Shown here: positions 56,894 through 64,000 of the stretch, piece by piece
Layout of the letters: each line of letters opens with the position of its first letter
Position numbering within the stretch: position 1 is the stretch's first letter
Origin: an uncultured Acidobacteriota bacterium
Lineage (GTDB): Bacteria > Acidobacteriota > Thermoanaerobaculia > UBA5066 > Gp7-AA6
NCBI GenBank assembly: GCA_963764715.1
Contig: CAVXTP010000018.1
Coordinates: forward strand, 1 to 64,000
Reading direction: 5' to 3'
Length of the DNA stretch: 64,000 nt
Translations under genes and position numbers: made by a program
Notes under the pieces: model-generated
Databases searched by the model: none
Told to the model about the DNA's origin: nothing
Seen by the model: the letters and a program-made list of their open reading frames with translations, nothing else

Positions 56894-57559
56894 TCACTCG
56901 GGCGCGCTCGCCGCGGGGACGTAGTACTGGACGCCCTTCTTGACCTTCTGGATGCGGGCGACGAGGTCGTCGAAGTCCCCCGGGCGATTGACGAAGTCGA
57001 TCTCGTTGGTGTCGACGACGAGCAGCGGTGTCTCGTCGTAATGGTAGAAGTAGTAGTTGTAGGCCTCGATCAGCTGCGCCAGGTACTCCGGCGTGACGGC
57101 TTTCTCGAGCGGACGGGTCTTCTTCTTGATCCGCTTCAGGCAGGTCTCGATCGAGGCCTGCAAGAAGATCACGAGGTCCGGCTTCCGGACCGACTCCGAC
57201 AGCAGCGAGTAGAGCTTGTCGTAGATCAGCAGCTCCGAGTCGTCGAGGTTCAGGCACGCGAAGATCTTGTCCTTCGGGAAGTGGTAGTCGGCGACGACGA
57301 GGTTGGTGAAGAGGTCGATCTGCGCGATCTCCTGCTGCTGCTGGTAGCGCGCGAGGAGAAAGAAGAGCTGGGTCTGGAACGCGGCGCCCTTCTTCTTCTT
57401 GTAGAAGTCGGGCAGGAACGGGTTGTCGACGTCCTCGAGGACCTTGGTGCCCTTGAAGCGGCGCGCCAGCATCTCGACGAGCGAGGTCTTGCCGACGCCG
57501 ATCGCCCCCTCGACCGCGAGGTGGCGGAGCTTGACGTCGCCTTCCGACGGGATCGCCAT
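56894..57559 (-). CDS. Deoxynucleoside kinase
   Basis: EGAIGVGKTS, NPFLPDFY, PDLVIFLQA. Confidence 0.9.
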   Translation of the reverse strand: MAIPSEGDVKLRHLAVEGAIGVGKTSLVEMLARRFKGTKVLEDVDNPFLPDFYKKKKGAAFQTQLFFLLARYQQQQEIAQIDLFTNLVVADYHFPKDKIFACLNLDDSELLIYDKLYSLLSESVRKPDLVIFLQASIETCLKRIKKKTRPLEKAVTPEYLAQLIEAYNYYFYHYDETPLLVVDTNEIDFVNRPGDFDDLVARIQKVKKGVQYYVPAASAPE

Positions 57560-57569
57560 CGAGCGGATT

Positions 57570-58448
57570 CTAATGCGAACGCGCGAGCATGTCCGCGATG
57601 CCGCAGGCGGCGAGCGTCACGGACACGAAGCCGTTGGCCGTGAAGAAGGCCGCGTCGACGCGCGACAGGTCGCCGGGCCGGACGATCGCGTGCTGGTAGG
57701 CGAGCGCCGCGACGGTCGCCAGGACCCCGGCCAGAAAGAGCCAGCCTCCGCCCGAAAGCCGCCAGACCGCGACGAGGAGGACCGCCATCGCCAGGTGGAA
57801 GAGCCCCGAGATCCAGAGCGCGCGGCGCGTCCCGAAGCGCGCCGGGATGGACTTGAGGCCCGCCCGGCGGTCGTGCTCCTCGTCCTGCAGGGAGTAGATG
57901 ACGTCGAAGCCGGCGGTCCAGAAGAGGACGGCGAGGCCGAGAAGCACCGGCAGGAGCGCGAGCTCCCCGCGGACCGCGATCCACGCGCCGACGGGCGCGA
58001 TCCCCAGGCACAGCCCGAGGACCAGATGCGAGAGCATCGTGAACCGCTTCGTGTACGAGTAGAAGAGGAGCAGCGCCAGCGCGACCGGCGACAGGAGCAG
58101 CGTCAGGCGGTTGAGGCTCGCCGCGGCCGCGAGGAAGACGGCGACCGAGACGACGAGGAAGGCGCGCACGAAACCGACCGAGAGAGCGCCGGCGGGAAGC
58201 GCGCGGGACGCCGTGCGCGGGTTCGCCGCGTCGAGGTGGCGGTCCGCCAGCCGGTTGTGGGCCATGGCGGCGCTGCGCGCGCCGACCATCGCGACGAGGA
58301 TCTTCCCGAGCGTCGGAAGAGACGGCCAGCCTCCCGCGGCGAGCACGGCGGCGAGGACGGCGAACGGCAGCGCGAAGAGAGTGTGCGAGAACTTGATCAT
58401 CTCGAGCGTCGCCCGGAAGGACCGGACGACGCCCGCCGGCGCGCTCAC
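57570..58448 (-). CDS. UbiA-family prenyltransferase (MqnP-like)
   Basis: IKFSHTLFALPFA, NRLADRHLDAANPRT, YSYTKRFT, GFDVIYSLQD. Confidence 0.9.
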   Translation of the reverse strand: MSAPAGVVRSFRATLEMIKFSHTLFALPFAVLAAVLAAGGWPSLPTLGKILVAMVGARSAAMAHNRLADRHLDAANPRTASRALPAGALSVGFVRAFLVVSVAVFLAAAASLNRLTLLLSPVALALLLFYSYTKRFTMLSHLVLGLCLGIAPVGAWIAVRGELALLPVLLGLAVLFWTAGFDVIYSLQDEEHDRRAGLKSIPARFGTRRALWISGLFHLAMAVLLVAVWRLSGGGWLFLAGVLATVAALAYQHAIVRPGDLSRVDAAFFTANGFVSVTLAACGIADMLARSH

Positions 58449-59125
58449 TTCTTTCGGGACGGCCCGCCCTCGCGGGAGGGGGCTCGCCTCCGGCCGGCCC
58501 CTCCGGTCCAGCGGAACTGCTCGCCCCGGGGTGAGAGGCCCAGCATCCGCGCCGCGCGCACGCAGTAGACGTCGAGAAACCGCGCCACGGACGGGGACTC
58601 GACGTAGAAGGCCGGCGAGGGGGGGGCGACGATCGCGCCGGCCAGGGTCGCCAGGCGCATGTTCTCGATGTGCACCAGGGAATACGGGGACTCCCGGAAG
58701 GCGAGGACGAGGGGCCGGCGCTCCTTGAGGCAGACGTCGGCGGCGCGCGCGAGGAGGTCCCGCGCGATGCCGTGCGCGATCGAGCCGAGGGTCCCGCCGC
58801 TGCACGGGATGACGATCATTCCGGAGGCGGGGTAGGAGCCCGACGCGATCGAGGCCCCGATGTCGCCGTTGTCGTGGAGCACGATGCGCGAGCGCTGCGC
58901 CTTCGGCGCCCCGAGCTGCTCGATCCAGTCCTGCGGTGTCGCGACCCGGGGGGAGATTTCGCTCCGGGCGACGTCGAGTCCCGGATCCGAGACGATCAGG
59001 TGGAGCCGCGAAAGCCCACCGGAGGCGAGGGCGATCTGGACGAAGCGCCGCGCGAGCTCGGAGCCGGAGCCTCCGGAGACGCCGACGATGATTTCTCGGC
59101 CGGGCACGCGGGCCAGTCTATCCAT
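58445..59125 (-). CDS. ubiX: Flavin prenyltransferase UbiX
   Basis: VGVSGGSG, ASGS, PCSGGTL, RAADVCLKERR, RESP. Confidence 0.9.
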   Translation of the reverse strand: MDRLARVPGREIIVGVSGGSGSELARRFVQIALASGGLSRLHLIVSDPGLDVARSEISPRVATPQDWIEQLGAPKAQRSRIVLHDNGDIGASIASGSYPASGMIVIPCSGGTLGSIAHGIARDLLARAADVCLKERRPLVLAFRESPYSLVHIENMRLATLAGAIVAPPSPAFYVESPSVARFLDVYCVRAARMLGLSPRGEQFRWTGGAGRRRAPSREGGPSRKK

Positions 59126-59463
59126 ACGGCGTCGCCGACAAGAAATTCGACGGGCGTCGTCATCCTTTGTCGCTCCCCCGGGCGCGTCGGCGCCGGGTGA
59201 AGGCGACAGCCGGGGGCTCCGGCTGAAAAGATCTCTTGTCGGCCCGCCCGGGCCGGCGGCGCGGCCATTCCCGGCCTAACTGCCTCCCTCGACGCGGCTT
59301 CGCCGCGAACGGCCCTCGCGGCACGGCTTTCGCCATCACGGAGCTCCCGAAAAGGAGGTGCCGATGGAGAACGCCTGATCGCAGCGACTCGATGAGGACA
59401 ACAAAGAGTCGACCCCTCGTCTCCGTCTCGTCGGTCCCACCGCATTCCGAAAGGAGAAGCTCG

Positions 59464-59883
59464 ATGCCCGCATCCCGCATTCGTGTCGCCGCCATCGCCG
59501 TGCTGCTTTCGCTCGGCGCCGGCGCGCTGCTCTTCGGCGAGGGCGCCCAGGCGCCGGCCGCGGGCGGCAAGAAGGTCAACATCAACACCGCCTCGGCGGC
59601 GGAGCTCGCGTTCCTGCCTCGCATCGGCCTGAAGGTCGCCGAGCGCATCGTCGAAAGGCGCAAGGAGAAGCCGTTCGCCCGGCCCGAAGACCTCATGGAG
59701 GTCAAGGGCATCGGCGAGAAGCTCTTCCTGAGCCTGAAGCCCTACGTCTCCGTTTCCGGCCCCACCACCCTCGACGCCAAGGTCCGCCTGTCCTCTTCTC
59801 CGTCCGCTCGCCGCGCTTCCTCCCCGGCGCCGGCGGCCCAGGAGAAGCCTGCGAACGCCGTCCCCGTGGGCAAGGGACGGTGA
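59464..59883 (+). CDS. ComEA-like helix-hairpin-helix DNA-binding protein
   Basis: Signal peptide; KVNINTASAAEL..LPRIG; DLMEVKGIGEK. Confidence 0.88.
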   Translation: MPASRIRVAAIAVLLSLGAGALLFGEGAQAPAAGGKKVNINTASAAELAFLPRIGLKVAERIVERRKEKPFARPEDLMEVKGIGEKLFLSLKPYVSVSGPTTLDAKVRLSSSPSARRASSPAPAAQEKPANAVPVGKGR

Positions 59884-60509
59884 CCCCTCCGCCCGCCCGG
59901 GGCCCTCGGGGCCCCGGGCCTTCCTCCTCTTGTGCGGGAGTCTCGGTGCCGGAGCTTCTCGTCACGCTGATGCTCGGCGCGTGCCTGCTCCTCATGATCG
60001 CGCCGGGGGTCTGGTCGCTGCGCGAGTCGGTCGCGATCCGCAACGCGGTCCACGAGACGACGGTCGCCTTCTTCCGGGCGCGGTCGTACGCGATCTCGCG
60101 CGGGCGCAACGTCGGTCTCAAGTTCCGCCGCAACGGGGACCGGTGGGAGTGGGCGCTCTACGGGGACGGCAACGGGAACGGGGTGCGCACGGCCGAGATC
60201 GCGAGCGGGGTCGATCGGCCCCTCGGCGTCTATCTGCCCTGGTCGCGCAACGACGTGCGGCCGGCGATCATGACCGGCATCCGGGTGCCCGACCCTTCGA
60301 CGGCCGGGCGGTACCTCGACCGCATCGACGACCCGATCCGGTTCAACAACTCCGACATCTGCTCCTTCTCGCCGATCGGGGAGAGCACGCCGGGCTCGGT
60401 CTACCTCTGGAACGCGGGCGACCGCATGGCGGTGGTGCGGGTCTTCGGAACGACGGCGAAGATCCGGACCCTCTACTACCGTCGGGGAGAGAGAGGCTGG
60501 AAGCCATGA
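59880..60509 (+). CDS. Prepilin-like (GspH/FimT) protein
   Basis: G-VSVPELLVTL type IV pilin-like N-terminal motif; RARSYAI. Confidence 0.7.
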   Translation: MTPPPARGPRGPGPSSSCAGVSVPELLVTLMLGACLLLMIAPGVWSLRESVAIRNAVHETTVAFFRARSYAISRGRNVGLKFRRNGDRWEWALYGDGNGNGVRTAEIASGVDRPLGVYLPWSRNDVRPAIMTGIRVPDPSTAGRYLDRIDDPIRFNNSDICSFSPIGESTPGSVYLWNAGDRMAVVRVFGTTAKIRTLYYRRGERGWKP

Positions 60510-61498
60510 TCGTTCCGATCGAAGCCGGCGAGGGCGTGGACCGCGACGACTCCATCGTCGCTCTCGGCCCAGAGAAGGGCTTTCTCATAGTGGGCTCCCT
60601 CGGGAACGCGGCCGCGAGCCGCGAGGCAGTCCGTCAGGCGCGCGCGCGCTCCCAGCGAAACGCCGTCCCAGACCGCCGAGCGGCGGATCTGCGCGCCGGA
60701 GCCGACGTCGCCGAGGCCGAGGACGCTTTCCGACGCGTCGAACCCGGCGCGCCGTGCGAGGACGCGCCGGTCCGCGTCGAAGACGCCGCTCCCCTTCGGG
60801 AAGGGTCCCCCGCGCGCGAGCGCTTCGAGCGACGCGCGGAGGAAATCGCCCGGGCGGCCGATATCGGCGTGCGGACCGTGGTGGAAGACGAAGCCGAGCT
60901 CCTCCCGCCCCGCGTCGAGGATCGGCTGCCAGAGGTGGGCGACGAGCGCCGTCTCGCCGGGCGGAATGCGGGGCAGCAGCCGGGGCGAGAGGACGCAGAC
61001 GCCCGTGTAGAGGAGCGCGCCTGGGCCGTGGAGGCCGAAGGCCGTGATGCGGTCCCCTTCGGCCTGAAGCGGCGTGTAGTGCTCCGGGTCCCGGTTTTCC
61101 GTGACGAGAAGCGTCGCGGGACGCCCGGAGGCCCGGTGGCGCGCGAGGAGCGAGCCGAAGTCGACGTCGATCGCGGCGTCGGAGTTGACGACGAGGAAGT
61201 CGTCCTGCCCGAGGAACTCGGCCGCGTTGCGCAGGGCCCCGGCCGTTCCGAGAATCCGGGGCTCCGGGAAGAAGCGGAGCTCGGGAAAGTCCGCCGACTC
61301 CTGGCGCAGGTGGCGCTCGATCTGATCGCCCAGATGATGGAGATTAACCGCTACTTCGCCGACGCCGGCCTCGTGCAGGCGCCGGAGGTGTGCCACCGCG
61401 AGCGGGACGTTCAGAAAGGGTAGGAGCGGCTTCGGAATTCGTTCGGTCACCGGGCGGAAGCGCAGCCCGCGGCCGGCGCACAGCAGGATCGCCCGCAT
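60476..61498 (-). CDS. NDP-sugar nucleotidyltransferase
   Basis: LCAGRGLRFRP..PKPL, LGTAGAL, DIGRP. Confidence 0.88.
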   Translation of the reverse strand: MRAILLCAGRGLRFRPVTERIPKPLLPFLNVPLAVAHLRRLHEAGVGEVAVNLHHLGDQIERHLRQESADFPELRFFPEPRILGTAGALRNAAEFLGQDDFLVVNSDAAIDVDFGSLLARHRASGRPATLLVTENRDPEHYTPLQAEGDRITAFGLHGPGALLYTGVCVLSPRLLPRIPPGETALVAHLWQPILDAGREELGFVFHHGPHADIGRPGDFLRASLEALARGGPFPKGSGVFDADRRVLARRAGFDASESVLGLGDVGSGAQIRRSAVWDGVSLGARARLTDCLAARGRVPEGAHYEKALLWAESDDGVVAVHALAGFDRNDHGFQPLSPRR

Positions 61499-61502
61499 GG
61501 GG

Positions 61503-62078
61503 CTACGGCACGAAGACCATGTCCGGCGGGAGCGAGGGCTCGTCCTTCCGGCGCCGCGCGTAGAGCTCCGCGTAGGAGTACGGGACCGACTCCGAGGCGT
61601 CGAGCCCGAGCCGGGCGACGACCCGGCGGATCGTCGGCGGATCGCCCTCGATCTCGACGAATCGCCCGATCGGCGTCGTGTCGAGGGCCACGACCGCGCC
61701 CTCGCAGGTCCACTCCTCGCGCCGCTTGTCGTATCGAAAGCGCGGGGAGAGCCCGAGCCCGGCGAGGATGGCCACGGCTTCCTCGGCGTCGGAGACCTCG
61801 GTCTCGCGCTCCTCGCGGACCCTGGCGCCCGACTCGAAGCGGGCGGCGCCCTTGTAGGTCAGGATCGCGCGCCCGTTGGCGCGGCGCAGGCGCACGGTCC
61901 GGCCGCTTCCGGAGAGCCTGCGCTCGGGGTCGTCGAAGAGGACGTTCGATTCGTCGTGCTCGGGCGCGAGCGGCCGGGCGCCGGCCGACCGGAGCCGCTC
62001 GCGGATCGGGGCGAGGTCGGAGACGGGGATCTTGACCTCGATTTCCTCCCGCGGGCCCGGAGCGTCGGGAGGGGTCAC
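61503..62078 (-). CDS. CYTH-domain (class IV adenylate cyclase-like) protein
   Basis: EIEVK, VRLR, LTYKG, REERET, FVEIEG. Confidence 0.88.
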   Translation of the reverse strand: MTPPDAPGPREEIEVKIPVSDLAPIRERLRSAGARPLAPEHDESNVLFDDPERRLSGSGRTVRLRRANGRAILTYKGAARFESGARVREERETEVSDAEEAVAILAGLGLSPRFRYDKRREEWTCEGAVVALDTTPIGRFVEIEGDPPTIRRVVARLGLDASESVPYSYAELYARRRKDEPSLPPDMVFVP

Positions 62079-62512
62079 GGGAGGAGGCGGCGGGCGATCT
62101 CCTGGGCCTTCTTGCCGTCGACGCGCCCCTTGTAGCCGGCCATGAGCTCCTTCATCAGGAGCCCCACGTCCTTCGAGGCGGAGAAGCCCTTCTCCGCGAC
62201 GATCGACCGGATCGCGGACTCGATCTCGGCGTCCGTGAGGCCCTTCGGAAGATAGCCCTCGAGGATCGCGAGCTCCTCGGTTTCCGCGTCGACGAGGTCC
62301 TGGCGGCCGCCCCGCGCGTACTGTTCGATCGAGTCCCTGCGCTGCTTGACGGCGCGGCGCAGCACGCTTTCGATTTCCTCGTCGGTAAGCGCGCGCTGGG
62401 CCTGGATCTTCTCGTTCTTGAGGGCGGCGAGCATCAGGCGCAGCGTCGCGACGCGGCGCTTGTCGCCGGCCTTCATCGCCGCCTTCAGGTCCTCTTCGAT
62501 GCGGGCCTGCAT
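62075..62512 (-). CDS. GatB/YqeY-domain protein
   Basis: [32 protein letters not shown]. Confidence 0.9.
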   Translation of the reverse strand: MQARIEEDLKAAMKAGDKRRVATLRLMLAALKNEKIQAQRALTDEEIESVLRRAVKQRRDSIEQYARGGRQDLVDAETEELAILEGYLPKGLTDAEIESAIRSIVAEKGFSASKDVGLLMKELMAGYKGRVDGKKAQEIARRLLP

Positions 62513-62557
62513 GCGCGGAGGCTATCACCGCCGAAGCGCCGCGGAAGGCGATAGCCT

Positions 62558-64000
62558 GTGCGCGTGCGGCGCTTCCTGATCGGCACGGCCGGCCACATCG
62601 ACCACGGCAAGACGGCCCTCGTCAAGGCGTTGACGGGGATCGACGCCGACCGCCTGCCCGAAGAGAAGCGGCGGGGCATCACGATCGACCTCGGCTTCGC
62701 GCACGCCGAGTGGGACGGCGTGCGCATGTCCTTCGTCGACGTTCCCGGCCACGAGCGTTTCGTGCGCAACATGCTCGCCGGCGCCGGGGGCATCGAGGCC
62801 GTCCTCCTGGTCGTCGCCGCCGACGAATCCGTGATGCCGCAGACCCGCGAGCACTTCGAGATCGTCCGGATGCTGGGGATCCCGGCGGGCGTCGTGGCGC
62901 TGACGAAGATCGACCGGGCCGCGCCCGAGCTCGTCGAGGTGACGGCCGCCGACGTCCGGGAGCTCACGCGGGGCTCCTTCCTCGAGGCGGCGCCGATCGT
63001 GCCGGTGTCCGCGCGCACCGGCGAAGGCCTCGAGGCGCTCAAGGCCGCGCTCGTCGAGGCGGCTCGGGCCGGTCGCCCGGGCGCTCGCGAGGAGGCCGTG
63101 ACGCGGCTGCCGATCGACCGGGCGTTTCTCGTGCCCGGGTTCGGCCCCGTCGTCACGGGCAGCCTCGTCTCGGGAACGATCGCGCGCGAACGGAAGCTGG
63201 AGCTTCTCCCCGAGCGCAAGCCCGTGCGGGTCCGCCGCGTCGAGGTTCACGGGCGCGAGGAGGACGTTGCGCGGGCGGGCGAGCGCGTGAGCGTGAATCT
63301 CGCGGGCGTCGAGCTGTCGGACCTCCGGCGGGGCATGGTGCTGGCGGAGCCCGGGGCGATCGCGACCTCGGAGCGCCTGATCGCGCGCCTGGACCTTCTG
63401 CCGTCGGCGCCGCCGCTGAAGAGCGGCGACCGCGTGGCCTTCCACCACTTCGCCTCGGAGGCGACGGCCGGCGTCCGCATTCTCGACGCGCCCGGGATTT
63501 CCGGCGGCGGGTCGGCGCGCGTGGCGCTGCGGTTCGCGTCGCCGGTCGCGGCCGCCGCCGGAGACCGGTTCGTCGTGCGCCGGCTTTCGCCGGTCGAGAC
63601 GATCGGCGGCGGAGTCGTGCTCGACCCGCGGCCCGCGGCGGTGCGGGGCCGCGCCGACGAGGCGCGCCGCCAGGCCCTCGACCGCCTGGAGCACGGTTCG
63701 CTCGGCGATCGCCTCGTCCTGTGGATCGAGGAGGCGCGCGAGCACGGCGCGGCCGAAGACGACCTGGCGCAGCGCGCCGGGACCTCTCCCGAGGCCGTCC
63801 GGAGGGCGCTCGCGCCGGCGCTCGCCGAGGGCCTCATCCGGGCGCTCCGGACCTCGCCCGACCGCTACATGGCGGAGGCCGCGCTGGCTCGCCTCGCCGC
63901 GCGGGCCACCGCCGAGCTCGGGAAGCTCGCGGCCGCGGGCTCGACGTCGGTCGGCGTCCCGCGCGGGACCCTTCTGCAGAAGCTCCTGCCGCGGGCGGAC
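62558..64000 (+). CDS. selB: Selenocysteine-specific elongation factor SelB (3' end outside window)
   Basis: Read by hand: [63 protein letters not shown]. Start 62558 or 62564. Confidence 0.93.
   Translation, partial: MRVRRFLIGTAGHIDHGKTALVKALTGIDADRLPEEKRRGITIDLGFAHAEWDGVRMSFVDVPGHERFVRNMLAGAGGIEAVLLVVAADESVMPQTREHFEIVRMLGIPAGVVALTKIDRAAPELVEVTAADVRELTRGSFLEAAPIVPVSARTGEGLEALKAALVEAARAGRPGAREEAVTRLPIDRAFLVPGFGPVVTGSLVSGTIARERKLELLPERKPVRVRRVEVHGREEDVARAGERVSVNLAGVELSDLRRGMVLAEPGAIATSERLIARLDLLPSAPPLKSGDRVAFHHFASEATAGVRILDAPGISGGGSARVALRFASPVAAAAGDRFVVRRLSPVETIGGGVVLDPRPAAVRGRADEARRQALDRLEHGSLGDRLVLWIEEAREHGAAEDDLAQRAGTSPEAVRRALAPALAEGLIRALRTSPDRYMAEAALARLAARATAELGKLAAAGSTSVGVPRGTLLQKLLPRAD

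Overview
Very GC-rich bacterial DNA, probably Acidobacteriota (Thermoanaerobaculia-like; inferred from the SLH remnant and gene content). It has three zones. (1) 1-33.9 kb: a low-oxygen/dormancy-type cluster. It contains an MtrC-MtrA-MtrB-like porin-cytochrome conduit, two unnamed Cys-rich paralogs, a BldC-like HTH, 4 USPs, 2 CBS proteins, HPF, PfkB, a P-type ATPase, a Pat-type acetyltransferase, erythromycin esterase/DLH/PRT genes, a BON protein, a ferredoxin and two tandem Cys-rich PAS-LuxR regulators. Most promoters carry the same 16-bp palindrome, TGATGC-N4-GCATCA (13 copies found by eye, one of them in zone 2). It sits in class II activator geometry, about -42/-43, often before apparently leaderless genes. 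(2) 34.2-49.1 kb: two tandem cargo islands at the tmRNA 3' end, bounded by 26-bp copies of that end. They share homologous left and right ends but encode no integrase. One carries a selenocysteine formate dehydrogenase with a fused FdnH-NrfD subunit; the other carries otsA/otsB/GH15 trehalose genes. (3) 49.1-64 kb: core genome (ssrA, cutA, cysteine/cystathionine enzymes, thiG, panCB, dNK, ubiA/ubiX-like, comEA, YqeY, selB). All calls were made by reading the sequence; no searches were run.
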